Source: Elephas maximus
Taxonomy: Eukaryota
NCBI RefSeq assembly: GCF_024166365.1
Contig: NC_064841.1
Location: 46,503,680 to 46,567,679 of the forward strand
Length of the DNA stretch: 64,000 bases
Reading direction: 5' to 3'
In this document: positions 12,353 through 25,570 of the stretch, in pieces
Layout: every line of letters starts with the position of its first letter
How positions within the stretch are numbered: position 1 is the first letter of the stretch
The notes under the pieces: generated by a model
The model's input: only the letters and a program-made list of their open reading frames with translations
The model's database searches: none
What the model was told of the DNA's origin: nothing
Made by a program: the position numbers and the translations under genes

Positions 12353-15300
12353 ATGACAACCTGAAATTCATACCTATCCGTAATTACGCTGAATGTAAAT
12401 GGATTAAATGCACCAATAAAGAGACACAGAGTGGCAGAATGGATTAAAAAAAAAAACATGACCTGTCTATATGTTGCCTACAAGAGACACACCTTAGACT
12501 TAAAGACACAAACTAAAACTCAAAGGATGGAAGAAAATATATCAACAAAACAAAAATCAAAAAAGAGCAGGAGTGGCAATACTAACTTCTGACAAAATAG
12601 ATTTTAAATTAAATCCACCATAAAGGACAAAGAAGGACACTATATAATGATTAAAGGGACAATATACCAGGGGGATACTACCAATCAAATATTTATGCAC
12701 TCAATGACAGGGCTTCACGATATATTAAAAAAACACTCTAACAGCATTGAAAAGCGAGATACACGGCTCCACAATACTAGTAGGAGACTTCAACACGCCA
12801 CTATCAGTGAAGAACAGAACATCCAGAAAGAAGCTCAGTAAAGACACAGAAGATCTAAATGCCATGATCTACCAACTTGACCTCATGGACATATTCAGAA
12901 CACTCCACCCAACACAGCCAAGTATACTTTCTTTTCCAATGCACATGGAACATTCTCCAGAATAGATCACATAATAGGTCGTAAAGCAAGACTTAACAGA
13001 ATCCAAAACATCAAAATATTACAAAGCATTTTCTCTGACAATAAAGCCATAAAAGTAGAAATCAGTAACAGAAAAAGTAAGGAAAAGAAATCAAACACAT
13101 GGAAACTGAACAACACCTTGCTCAAAAAAGACTGGGTTATAGAAGAAATTAAGGACAGGATAAAGAAATTCATAGAATCAAATGAGAATGAAAACAGTTC
13201 CTGTCAATATTTGGGACACAGCTAAAGCAGTCATCAGAGATCAATTTATAGCAATAAATGCACACATCCAAAAAGGAAGGGCCAAAATCAACGGATTATC
13301 CCTACGGCTTGAACAAATAGAAAGACAGCAATAAAACAAAACCTCAGGCATGAGAAGAAAGCAAATAATAAAAATCAGAGCAGAATTAAATGAAATAGAG
13401 AACAGAAAAACAATTGAAAAAATTAACAAGACCAAAAGCTCCTTCTTTGAAAAGATTAACAAAATCGAAAAACCACTGGTGAGACTGATAAAAGAAAAAC
13501 AGGAAAGGAAGCAAACAACCCAAATAAGAAATGAGATGGGTGATATCATGAAGGAATCATATCTGACTACTATGAAAAATTGTACTCTAACAAATTTGAA
13601 AACCTAGAAATAATGGACACACTTCCAGAAACACGCTACCCACCTAAACTAACACAAACAGGTAGACCAACTAAATAAACCCATAACAAAAGAAGAGATT
13701 GAAAAGGTAATCAAAAGACTCCCAACAAAAAAAAAAGCCCTGGCACTGATGGCTTCACTGGAGAGTTCTACCAAACATTCAGAGAAGAGTTAACACCGCT
13801 ACTACTAAAGGTATTTCAGAGCATAAAAAAGGATGGAATAGTCAGTCTCAAACTCATTCTGAGAAGCCCACATATCCCTAATACCAAAACCTTATAAAGA
13901 CACCACAAAAAAAGAAAATTACAGAACTATATCACTCATGAACTTAGACACAAAAATCCTCAACAAAATTCGAGCCAATAGAATTCAACAAGTATCAAAA
14001 AAAAAAATAATAATTCACCATGACCAAGTGGAATTCATACCAGGTATTCAGGGTTGGTTCAACATTGGAAAAATAATCAATGTAATCCACTATACAAATA
14101 AAACAAAAGACAAGAACAACATGATCTTATCAACTGATGAAGAAAAGGCATTTGACAAAGTCCAACACACATTCATGATAAAAACTCTCAGCAAAATAGG
14201 AATCGAAGGAAAATTCCTCAACATAATAAAGGGCATTCATACAAACCAACAGCCAACATCACCAATGTCATCCTAAATGGAGAGAGACTGAAAGCATTCC
14301 CCATCAGAATGGGAACCAAACAAGGATGCCCTCTATCACCACTCTTATTCAACACTGTGTTGGAGGTCCTAGCCAGAGCAATTAGGCTACATAAAAAAAT
14401 ACCAGCATCCAAACTGGCAAAGAAGTAAAAGTATCTCTATTTGCAGATGACATGATCTTATAATCCAAACATAAATCCATCCACACCCAAAGTTTATTAA
14501 ATGGGGAAAAGACAGTCTCTTTAACAAACGGTGCTGACATAACTGGATCCATCAGCAAAAAAACAAAACAAGACCCAACCTCACACCATGCACAAAAACT
14601 AACTCAAAACAGATCAAAGACCTAAATATAAAATCTAAAATGATAAAGATCATGCAAGAAAAAATAGGGACAATGCTAGGAGTCCTAATACATGGCATAA
14701 ACAGTCTACAAAACATTACTAACAATGCACAAACCCCAGAAGAGAAACCAGATAACTGAGAGCTCCTAAAAATCAAACACCTACGCTCATCCAAAGGCTT
14801 CAACAAAACAATAAAAACACTACCTATGGACTGGGAAAAAAATTTTGGCTATGACAACTCCTATCAGCGTCTGATCTCTAAAACCTACATGGTACTGCAA
14901 TAACTCAACAACAAAAACACAAATAACCCGATTAAAAAAATGGGCAAAGGATATGAACAGGCATTTCACTAAAGAAGACATTCAGGCAGCCAACAGATTC
15001 ATGAGGAAATGCACATGATCATTAGCCATTAGAGAAATGCAAATCAAAACTAAAAGGAGATACCATCTTACCCCAACAAGGCTGGCATTAATCCAGAAAA
15101 CACAAAATAATAAATGTTGGAGAGCTTGTGGAGAGACTGGAATACTTATACACTGCTAGTGGGAATGTAAAATGGTACAATCATGTTGGAAATAGATTTG
15201 GTGCTTCCTTAAGAAGCTAGAAATAAAACTATCATACAATTCCACTCCTTGGAATATATCCTAGAGAAATACGAGCCTTTACATGAACAGATCTATGCAC

Positions 15301-16030
15301 ACCCATGTTCACTGCAGCACTGTTTACAATAGCAAAAAGATGGAAGCAACCAAGGTGCTTAACAACAAATGAATGGATAAATAAGTTATGATACAGTCCC
15401 ACATAATGAATACTACACAATGATTAAGAACAATGATGAACCCATGAAACATCCTGTAATGGACTGAATTGTGTCCCCCCAAAATATGTGTCAGCTTGAT
15501 TAGGCCATGTGTAGTTGTCCTCCATTTTGTGATTTTCCTATGTGTTATAAATCATAATCTCTGCCTGTGGTTACAAGCATTACTGAGGTCACCTCCCTGA
15601 TCCAAAAGGGAATTTCCCTGGGGTGTGGCCTGCACCACCTTTTATCTCTCAAGAGACAAAAGGGAAGGCAAGTAAGCAGAGAGTTGGGGACTTCACATCA
15701 TCAGGAAAGCAGTACCAGGAGCAGAGCGTATATTTGGACCCAGGGTCACTGCGCCCGAGAAGCTCTTCAGCCATGGGAAAATTGAGGACAAGGACCCTCC
15801 TCCAGAGCCAACAGGAAGAGAAAGCCTGGAGCCAATGCCCTGAATTTGGTCTTGTAACCTACCAGACCGTGAGAAAATAAATTTCTCTTTGTTAAAGCCC
15901 TCCACTTGTGGTATTTCTGTTATGGCACCATGAGATGACTAAAATACATCCCATAACATGGAGGAATCTGGAAGGAATTATGCTAAGTGAAATTTGTCAG
16001 TCGCAAAAAGACAAATATTGTATGAGACCA
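12353..16030 (+). pseudogene. L1 B ORF2 remnant (endonuclease-RT), with many stops and frameshifts, interrupted by a solo LTR at 15452-15945
   Basis: Six-frame fragments align to the intact ORF2 at 53971-57786. Examples are ...[16 protein letters not shown]..., ..[11 protein letters not shown].. and RT motifs. There is a stop in the third codon region. Confidence 0.75.
15452..15945 (+). mobile_element. Solo LTR, MaLR/ERVL-like ~500-bp family (copy a), inserted in L1 B ORF2
   Basis: It starts ..TGTAATGGACTGAATTGTGTCCCCCCAAAATATGTG and ends ..GGCACCATGAGATGACTAAAATACA. It splits L1 ORF2 between ..EPMKH and [13 protein letters not shown] termini are present and the flanks suggest a ~4-5 bp TSD (atcc). 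Confidence 0.6.
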
Positions 16031-17040
16031 CCATCGTAAGAACTCAAGAAAAAATTTAAACACAGAAGAAAATATTCCTTGATGGTTACAAGGGTGGGAA
16101 GGGAGGGAGAGGGTACTCACTAATTAGATAGTACACAAGAACTATTTTAGCTAAGGAAAAGACAACATACAATAAAGGAGAGGTTGGCACAACTGGACTA
16201 AACCAAAAGCAAAGAAGTTTCCCAAATCCAACTGAATGCTTCTAAGGCCAGAGTAGCAGGGAAGGGGGTTGGGGACCACGGTTTCAGGGGACATCTCGGT
16301 CAACTGGCATCATAAAATGTATTATGAATACGTTCTGCATCCCACTTTGGTGAGTAGCGTCTGGGATCTTCAATGCTAGCAAGCGGCCATCTAAGATGCA
16401 TCAATTGGTCTCAACCTACCTAGAGCAAAGGAGAATGAAGAACACCAAAGGCATGAGGTAAAGATGAGCCCAAGAGACAGAAAGGGCCACATAAAGCAGA
16501 GACTACATCAGCCTGAGACCAGAAGAACTAGATGGTGCCTGGCTACCACCGATGATTTTCCTGACAGGGAACACAACAAAGAGTACCTGATGGAGCAGGA
16601 GAACAGTAGGATGCAGACCTCAAACTCTCATAAAAAGATCAGACTTAATGGTCTGACTGAGACTAGAGGTACCCTGGAGGTCATGGTCCCCAGACCCTTA
16701 GCTAGGCCAAGACTGGAACCATTCCTAAAGCCAACTCTTCAGACAGGGATTGGACTGGGCTATAAGAAAATGATGCTGGTTAAGAGTGAGCTTCTTGGCA
16801 CAAGTAAACACATGAGACTATGTGGGCAACTCCTGTCTGAATGTGAGATGAGAAGGCAGAGGAGGGACAGGAACTGGCTGAATGAATACGCAGAATAGAG
16901 GGTGGAGAAGAGGAATGTGCTGTCTCACTGGGGGAGAGCAGCTAGGAGTATATAGCAAGGTGTGTATAACTTTTTGTATGAGAGACAGACTTGATTAGTA
17001 TACTTTCACTTAAAGAACAATAAGTTTAAAAAATAATAAA

Positions 17041-18442
17041 CAATTAGAAATCATACAAAAACATCAAGTAGTAATCAAAAAGATAAACAACAAAATTTCA
17101 GAAATGGACAACTTAATAGAAGGTTATAGGAAGCAATTTCAAACAACGGAAGACAGAATCAGTCAGGTTGAACACAGATCCACGGAAATCACTTTGCTGG
17201 AGGAAAAATAAGAGAGAAGAATGAAGCAAACCTAAGAATTATGTGGGACACAATCAAAACCAATATCCCTCATAAATACAGATGCAAAAGTTCTCAACAA
17301 AATTCTAACCAACAGAATTCAGCACCACATCAAAACAATAATATACCACGACCATGTGGGATTCATATCAGGTATATAGAAGGATGGTTCAACATTAGAA
17401 AATCAATAAAAGTAATGGACTACATAAATAGAACAAAAGAAAAGAATCACATGATCATCTAAATCGTCGTAGAAAAGGCATTTGATAGAAGTCCCGTACA
17501 TATTCCTGATAAAAATTCTCAATAAAATACGAATAGAAGGCAAACTCCTCAAAATAATAAAGGACATCTATAGAAAACCAACAGCCAATATCATTAGCAA
17601 CAGAGAGAGACTGCAAGCATCTCCCCTGAAAATGGGAACAAGACACGGATGCCCTTTATCACCACTCCTATTTAACATTGTGCTGGATGTCATAACTAGA
17701 GCAATAAGGCAAGAAAAAGGAATAAAGGGCATCCAAATGGGAAAGGAAGAAGTAAAACTATCCCTATTCACAGATGATAGAGAACCACAAATATCCCACA
17801 AGGAAACTACTTAAACTAATAAATTCAGCAGAGTTGCAAGATACAAGATCAACCTACAAAAATTAGTTGCATACCTGTACACCCACAAGGGAAACTTCGA
17901 AAAGGAAATCAGGAACACAATACCATTTCTAATAGCCCCTAAAAAGATAAAATAGTTAAGAATAAATCTAACCAGGGACGGAAAAGACAAATAAAAGAAA
18001 ACTACAAAACACCATTGCAACAAGCCTACTTACATGGGAAAAAAAAAAAATACAATGTTCATGGATAGGAAGACTCAACATTGTGAAAATGTCAATTCTA
18101 CCCAAAGTGATCTAGAGATACAATGCAATCTTGATCCAAATACCAACAGCATTCTTTAACAAGATGGAAAAACTAACCACCAACTTTATGTGGAAAGGAA
18201 AGAGATCCCGGATAAGCAAAGTATAATCGGAAAAAAAAGAACAAAGTAGGAGGTGTCCCACTATCTGATCTCAGAACCTACTATACTCCCACGGTAGTCA
18301 AAACAGTCTGGTACTGGTACAATGCCAGACACACAGATCAATGGAACAAAATCGAGAACGCTAAGGTAATCCTATGGTCAGGTAATCTTTGACAAAGAAC
18401 CAAAATCCATTAAATGGTTAAAAGACTATCTTTTTAACAAAT
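17041..18442 (+). mobile_element. L1 copy A continuation: ORF1 middle, then ORF2 fragments with internal deletions
   Basis: Translation ..[45 protein letters not shown].. follows directly from the ORF1 break at 10651 (compare E ORF1 ..IERQHVEIQKINNKITELDN..). ORF2 RT motifs come later (FDKV.., LFNIVLDV..). Confidence 0.75.
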
Positions 18443-20575
18443 GTTGTTGTTGTCGTTAGGTGCCATCAACTCAGTTCAGACTCATAGCAACCCTATGTCC
18501 AACAAAATGAAACAGAGCCTGGTCCTATGCCATCCTAACAATTGTTATGCTTGAGCCCACTGTTGCAGCCACAGTGTCAATCCATCTCATTGAGGCTCTT
18601 CCTCTTTTTCAATGACCATCTACTATACCAAGCATGGTGTCCTTCTCCAGGGACTGGTTTCCTGCTAACATGTCTGTCTTGGATTGAATTTTGTCCCCCC
18701 AAAATATATGTCAACTTGGTTAGGCCATGATTCCCAGTTTTGTGTGGTTGTCTTCCATTTTGTGATTGATGTAATTTTCCTATGTGTTATAAATTCTAAT
18801 CTCTGCCTTTGGTTAATAAGGGAAGACTACATTATGTTAAAGTGGATTAGGGTGGAATGTAACACCCTAACTCAGGTCACATCCCTGATCCAATGTAAGT
18901 GAGTTTCCCTGGGGTGTGGCCTGTATCACCTTTTATCTTACAAAAGATAAACGGAAAGAGAAATGTTCAGAAAGTGGGGACATCATACCACCAAGAAAGC
19001 TGCGCCAGGAGCAGAGCATGTCCTTTGGACCCAAGGTTCCTGCATAGAGAAGCTCCTAGTCCAGAAAAGACTGATGACAAGGACCTTCCTTCAGAGCCAC
19101 AGACAGAGAAAGCCTTCCCCTGAAGCTGGCGTCCTGAATCTGGACTTCTAGCCTAGTAGACTGTGAAACAATAAATTTCTTTGTTGAAGCCATCCACTTA
19201 CGGTAATTCTGTTACAGCAGTACTACATAACTAAGACAATGTCCAAAGTACGTGAGATGAAATCTTGCCATCCTTGCTTCTAAGGAACATTCTGGCTATA
19301 CATCTTCCAAGACAGATTTGTTCATTCATCTGGCAGTCCATGGAATTTTCAATATTCTACACCAACACTATTATTCTTCTGTCTCCCTTATTGGTTGTTC
19401 AGTTTTTGCATGCATATGAGGCAACTGAAAACACCATGGCTTGGGTCAGGTGCACCTTAGTCCTTTAAATGACATCCTTGCTTTTAACACTTTAAAGAGG
19501 TCTTTTGCAGAAGATATTCCAAATGCAAGGCATCATTTGATTTCTTGACTGCTGCTTCCATGGGCATTGATTGTGGATACAAGTAAAATGCAATCCTTGA
19601 CAACCTCAATCATTTACCCATTTATCATGATGGTGCTTATTGGTCCAGTGTGAGGGCTTTTGTTTTCATCATGTTAAGGTGTAATCCATACTGAAGACTG
19701 TAGTCTTTGATCTTCATTGGTAAGAGCTTCAAGTCCTCTTCACTTTCAGCAAGCAAGGCTGTGTCATCTGCATATCGCAGGTTGTCAATGAGTCTTACTT
19801 CAATCCTGATGCCACGTTCCTCTTCATATTGTCCAGCTTCTCAAATTATTTGTTCAGCATATAAATTGAATGAGTACGGTGAAAAGATACAACCCTGACA
19901 CACACTATTTCTGATTTTAAACCATGCAATACTGTCTTGCTCTGTTCAAACGATTGCCTCTTGGTCCATATAAAGGTTCCAAGTGAGTACAATAAAATTC
20001 TGGAATTCCTATTCTTTGCAATGTTGCCCATAATTTGCTATGATCCACACAGTCAAATGCCTTTGCATAGTCAATAAAATATAGGCAAACATCTTTCGCT
20101 ATTCTCTGCTTTCAGCCAAGATCCATCTGACATCAGCAATATCCCTCATTCCATGCCCTCTTCTGAATCTGGCTTGAATTTCTTACAGTTCCCTGTCAAC
20201 GTACTGCTGCAACTGTTTTGAATTATCTTCAGCAAAATTATACTTCTGTCGGATATTAATGATATTGTTTGATAATTTCTGCATTCTGTTGGATCACCTT
20301 ATTTTGGAATGGGCACAAATATGGATCTCTTCAAGTTGGTTGGCCAGGTAGCGCTCTTGCAAATTTCTTGCCATAGATGAGTAAGCACCTCCAGCACTTC
20401 ATCCATTTGTTGAAACATCTCCACTTTCTTCCATTCATCGTGCCACCTCATCTAGGCTGCCTCACAGGCTCACCTGGACCATGGCAACTGTAGATTCCTG
20501 ACTTGTCTCTCACATCTGCTCTTACGCTGCCTCCAATCTCCTCTCCACTTCACAGCTTGAGTAATTTTTTTTTTT
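18443..20575 (-). mobile_element. RTE1/BovB-like LINE, 3' ~1.6 kb on the minus strand, split by a solo LTR at 18675-19240
   Basis: The left end is (TTG)n TTAGGTGCCATCAACTCAGTTCAGACTCATAGCAACCCTAT, which is the reverse complement of the RTE 3' tail. The minus-strand translation contains an RT YADDT-like region homologous to plus-strand RTE1 at 26640-27450. Confidence 0.8.
18675..19240 (+). mobile_element. Solo LTR, MaLR-like ~500-bp family (copy b)
   Basis: Termini are TGTCTTGGATTGAATTTTGTCCCCCC ... CATAACTAAGACA. The 5-bp TSD atgtc flanks both ends. Confidence 0.6.
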
Positions 20576-20579
20576 TTAA

Positions 20580-21045
20580 TTACATCTCAGTAGAATACAA
20601 ACTCCTTATTGTGATTATTTTATGTAATTTTATGTGTCAACTCGGGTAGGTTCCCAGTTGTTTGGTCAAACACTGGTATAGATGCTGTTGAGTAGTTACA
20701 TGTGATTAAAGCAGTTGCTTTCAAGTAAAGAAGATGACCCTCCATAATGTAGCTGGGCCTCATCCACTCAGTTGAAGACTTTAAGAGTAAAATAGGAGTT
20801 TCCCCTCAGGTGTGTTCTCCTCCAGACTATAAATAGACATTTTGCCAGAAGTCACTCACTCTTCACTCATCCTGTCACCCGACCTATGGATCTTAGGACA
20901 CAAGACTGCAGGAATCTCCAGCCTGTTGCCTGACTTACAGATTTTCAACTTGCCAAACCCCCCTACAACTGTGAGTCAATTCTTTAAAATAAATCTCTCT
21001 TCATTATATATAAACTTATGTATACATAAAAAAAAAAGGAGTTTT
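20580..21045 (+). repeat. Unclassified interspersed repeat fragment (LTR-like 3' motif)
   Basis: It contains ..GGACACAAGACTGCAGGAATCTCCAGCC..TTCAACTTGCCAAACCCCCC..AATAAATCTCTCT.., a motif family typical of MaLR-type LTR 3' regions. It is preceded by a poly-T run at 20565-20578. Confidence 0.3.
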
Positions 21046-21257
21046 TTCTTTTTTTTATGTATACAACCAAAGAAATAGAAGGTATAATTTACCGGTTCCA
21101 CATGAAGACATTCACCATGGTTCAAAGCCCAGCCTCTCTCTCCAACTTCATCTCATACCTCCCCCTCCCACCCTGGCCTGGCCACACTGGCTTTTTCTTC
21201 AGGTCCACAAAAACCTCAAGTATTTGGTCCTTCAGGGCCTTCACATACACTGTTCCT

Positions 21258-21313
21258 TCACCCCGGAACCCTTCCCCACCTCCCTTCACCCCGGAACCCT
21301 TCCCCACCTCCCT
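21258..21313. repeat. Tandem duplication, 2 x 28 bp (caccccggaacccttccccacctccctt)
   Basis: Direct adjacent repeat read from the sequence. Confidence 0.85.
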
Positions 21314-21860
21314 TCATCCCATGCTTGTACACTCACCTATAGGACCGAGTAGTATCTTCAAATGAATGCACAGATTCAGTGTTCATATTTTTTTTCTTTC
21401 TTATGAGGTCTGGTTAAACTAAAGTACGATGATTTACTTTTGCCTTTTCATACCATTAACATTTACTAAATTTTGTATTTATTGATTGTCTTTTACATTA
21501 AAATAGATTCATAATAAGCATCTGCTTGTAGATGGGCACTATAATAATGATGGATACTATTTAGGTTCTTCAATCCTGCTCTTAATCTCTGATAGTTAAC
21601 AAATTCAACAAGCAAAACACCAAACCTCTTTAATGAAGCTTTAACAATTTTAAGGACAGTCTCTGCACAGCATCATAACCCTGGCTATTGTGGGCATCGC
21701 AAGCTCAAGTAGGTATGACTACTCAGGTCCACTTCTCCAGGTCTCTCCTGAGTGTTTTCTTAACCCCTCTCACCTGTTCTTTTTATTTAAAAAAAGTTTT
21801 CTAATACTAGAAATATATGCTCACTATAGAAATTTTGAAAAATACAAAACTGCATAAAAC

Positions 21861-22011
21861 CCAGTGCCATCGAGGTGATTCCGACTCATAGCGACCCTAT
21901 AGGACAGAGTAGAACTGCTCCATAGACTTACCATGGACTGCCTGGTGGATTCAAACTGCCGAACCTTTGGTTAGCAGCCATGGCACTTAACCACTACGCC
22001 ACCAGGGTTTC
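21861..22011 (-). mobile_element. AfroSINE
   Basis: The reverse complement is GGAAACCCTGGTGGCGTAGTGGTTAAGTGCCATGGCTGCTAACCAAAGGTTCGGCAGTTTGAATCCACC..TATAGGGTCGCTATGAGTCGGAATCACCTCGATGGCACTGG. The TSD aaaactgcataa flanks both sides. Confidence 0.8.
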
Positions 22012-22519
22012 CAAAAACTGCATAACAACAGTAAAATACTCTCAAAATCTAGGGTCAAGTAAACATATTTTGTTACTTTTTCTTCCAGGGGTATATATTG
22101 TAATCAACACTGGAATCATACCAACACCCAATACCTATTTTTGCTATTACAAGTCAACATTTTATCTTTAACGTTTAATCATTAAACATTCTTGTATTTT
22201 TAATACAGGCTAGGGTCTGGGTTTTACCTTAGATAAGTACCATAAATAAGCTATTTCTGTACTGTTCAACAATTAAAATATTTCTAATTATTGTTACCAA
22301 AAGCAAAGTTGTGATGAACATCTTTGTATGTAAACCTTTGTTTGCATTTCCGATGACTGTCATAGAAACAATCCTTAAATACACCTCCTGAGCCAGAGTA
22401 GTTCTACTTAAGTATTTTTATTCTTATTAAAATTATAATACTTTTCATATTTTCTTAAATTGTATCACTTTCTGGTTTTGCTTGAATTTCCTAATATATT
22501 TGGAAATTACTATTGAAGA

Positions 22520-24779
22520 CAAGGGTCAAAAAATAAGTCGTGCTTCTCAGTCCTTACAACCAACAGCATTGGGTGCCCAAAGTCTGGCTGCATAACATAC
22601 CCACCTACATGCTGGAGAGAACAGGGACTCATCTTCCATCCAGGTACTCAGGGGCAGCTATCAGCCCCCTATCTTGCTAAGTACACAACCCCTACTGCAG
22701 CCAGATACCTGTGCCTGCTCCAATCACCCCTATGTAGCTTTCCCCTTCTAGGACTGTAGGTGAGAGCCTGCCCTACACACTGGTGACTGAAAACCTGGAC
22801 ACCTGAGCTCAATCCACACAAAAAAAGTAAACTCCTGGGCTCATATACGTACCTAATAGCAGCTCTAACCACCTGGTGACAGACATGAAAGTTTCAAAGT
22901 CACCAAAAATCAAACTAGCTTACACAAGCAGTTGATTTGGGCACATCAAAACAAAACAAGAAGCTAGGACACAGTAAGCAAACATAAAATAAATAAATGT
23001 AATAACTTATTGATGGCTCGGTGACAACAGTCAATATCAAATCACATAAAGAGGCAGACCGCGATGGCTTCAGCAAGTGAACAAAACAAAGAACCAAAAA
23101 ACTTCCCGGAGGAAGAGAAGATCTTAGAATTACCTGATATAGAATTCAAAAAATTAATATAGAGAGCTCTTTAAAAGATCAGGAAGGATATCAGGCAAAA
23201 TGCAGACCAATAGAGACAAAGAAATGGAGGAATTCAGGAAACCTATACAAGATCAGAATGACAAATTTAACAGGCTGCTAAAATCCATAGGGAGAAGGCA
23301 AATAGAACTCCAAAATATTAACAATAAAATTTCAGAATTAGACAACCCAACAGAAAGTCATAGGAGCAGAATTGAGGCAATGGAAGTCGTAATTAGTGAG
23401 ACTGAAGATAAAGCACTTGACACCAATTTATTTGAGGAAAAATCAGATAAAAGAATTTAAAAAAATTAAGAAACCCAAAGAATTATGTGGGACAACATCA
23501 AGAAGAATAACTACGAGTGATTGGAGTATCAGAACAGAGTGGGATAACACAAAATACACAGAGAATTGTTGAAGATTTTTTGGCAGAAAACTTCCCTGAT
23601 ATTTAAATATTTATGCACCCAATGACAGGGCTTCAAGATACATAAAACAAACTCTAACAGCACTAAAAAGAGAAAAAGACAGCACTGCAATAATAGTAGG
23701 AGACTTCAACACACCACTATCAGTGAAGAACAGAACATCCAGAAAGCTCAATAAAGACACAGAAGATCTAAATGCCACAATCAACCAACTTAAATTCATA
23801 GACATATACAGAACACTCCACCCAACAGCAGTCAAGTATACTTTCTTTTATAACACACATGAAACATTCTTCAGAATAGACCACATATTAGGCCACAAAG
23901 GAAGCCTTAACACTGATCCAAAACACTGAAATATTACAAACCATCTTTTCTGACCGTAAGGCCATAAATATAGAAATTGGTAACAGAAAAAGCACAGAAA
24001 AAAAAAAAAATACATGGAAAACTGAACAACACCTTGCTCAAAAACTACTGGGTTATAGAAGAAATCAAGGACGGGATAAAGGAATTCACAGAATCAAATG
24101 ACAATGAAAATATATCTTACCAGAACCTTTGTGACACAGCAAAAGCAGTGCTCAGAGGTCAATTTATAACAATAAATGCACACATCCAAAAGGAAGAAAG
24201 GGCCAAAATGGAAATTTTAACCTTATAACTCAAAAGAATACAAAGAGAGAAGCAAAAGAAGCCCATGGGCACCAAAAGAAAGGAAATAATAAAAATTAGA
24301 CCAAAAGAAAATGAAATAGAGAATAGAAAAACAATTGAAAGAGTTAACAAGACCAAAAGCTTGTTCTTGGAAAAGATCAACAAAATCGATAAACCACTGT
24401 CCAAACTGACAAAAGAAAAACAGGACAGGAAGCAAATAACCCAAATAAGAAATTAGATGGGCGATATTGCAACAGACCCAACTGAAATTAAAAGAATCAT
24501 AACAGAATAAAATGAAAAATTGTACTCCAACAAAGTTGAAAACCTAGAGGAAATGGAAAAATTTCTAGAAATACACTACCCACCCAACCTAACAGAAACC
24601 AAGGTAGAAAAACTAAATAAACGTATAACAAAAGATGATTGAGGAGGTAATTAAAAAACTCCCAACAACAACAACAAAACCCTAGCCCTGATGGCTTCAC
24701 TGGAGAATTCTACCAAACTTTCAGAGAAGAGTTAACATCAGCACTACTAAACATATTTCAGAGCATAGAAAAGAATGGA
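22520..24779 (+). mobile_element. L1 copy C: non-monomeric 5' UTR, degenerate ORF1 (from ~23065, MASASEQNKEPKNFPEEEKILELPDIEFKK), internal deletion at ~23605, ORF2 fragment
   Basis: ORF1 coiled-coil and ORF2 peptides appear in the six-frame ORFs (23200-23460, 23723-23929, 23977-24228, 24265-24456). The 5' UTR style resembles B's. Confidence 0.7.
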
Positions 24780-25268
24780 TGTCCTAGTCATCTAGTGTTG
24801 CTATAACGGAAAACAAGTGGATGGCTTTGGCAAAGAGAAATTTATTTCCTCGCAGTAAAGTAGGCTGAAAAGTCCAAATTTCAGGGGGAAGGCTTTCTCT
24901 CTCTCTCGGCTCTGGAGGAAGGTCCCTGTCCTCAATCTTCCCCTGGCCAAAGAGCTTCTTGGGCACAGGGACCCCAAGCCCAAAGGACGTGCTCTGCTCC
25001 TGGTGCTGCTTTCCTGGTGGTATGAGGTCCCCAAATCTCCGCTTGGTTCCCTTTCCTTTTTATCTCTTGAGAGATAAAAGGTGGCGCAGGCCACACCCCA
25101 GGGAAACACCCTTTACATTGGATCAGGGAGATGACCTGGGTAAGGGTGGCGTTACAATCCCATCCTAATCCTCTTAACATAAAAATTAAAATCACAAAAT
25201 GGTGGACAACCACACATGGCCTAACCAAGTTGATACACACATTTTAGGGAGAACATAATTCAATCCAT
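24780..25268 (-). mobile_element. Solo LTR, MaLR-like family (copy c), inserted in L1 C ORF2
   Basis: It is the reverse complement of the family consensus: the left end is GTCCTAGTCATCTAGTG.. and the right end is ..TTCAATCCATGACA. The approximate TSD is tgga(t/a). Confidence 0.6.
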
Positions 25269-25570
25269 GACAGTGGAATACCCCCGAACTCATTCTATGA
25301 AGCCACCATATCCCTGATACCAAAGCCAGTTAAAGACATCACAAAAAAATTACAGACCAATATCCCTCATGAAGATAGACACGAAAATCTTCAACAAAAT
25401 TCTAGCCAATAGAATTCAACAACACATCAAAAAAATAATTCACCATGACCAACTGGGATTCATACCAGGTATGCAGGGATGGTTCAACATTTGAAAAACA
25501 ATCAATGTAATCCATCACATAAATAAACAAAAGATGAGAACCACAGAATCTTATCAATTAATGCAGAAAG
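25269..25570 (+). mobile_element. L1 copy C continuation (ORF2 RT region), truncated by RTE1
   Basis: Translation is ..[44 protein letters not shown].. Confidence 0.7.

Larger units (their letters stand above)
10652..17040 (+). mobile_element. L1 copy B, full-length relative to its 5' terminus, nested inside L1 A: non-monomeric 5' UTR (10652-11700), ORF1 C-terminal remnant (11700-11900), degenerate ORF2, ~1-kb 3' UTR
   Basis: It starts with GGCCAAGATGGCGGAGTAGTCAGACGC, the same terminus as copy E at 51455. ORF1 end matches ..TEWDDIY..KEKNC..YPAKLSLKYEGEI..FAKTKPKLQEILK. ORF2 start matches [23 protein letters not shown]. The 3' UTR is homologous to 57787-58780. Host L1 A resumes immediately after, at 17041. 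Confidence 0.8.

Noticed and set aside
16464-16898. 144-aa ORF in the 3' UTR of L1 B
   Set aside because: The homologous 3' UTR segments of L1 E and F (58200-58700, 63750+) are closed in that frame. It is not conserved between copies, so it is a chance ORF.
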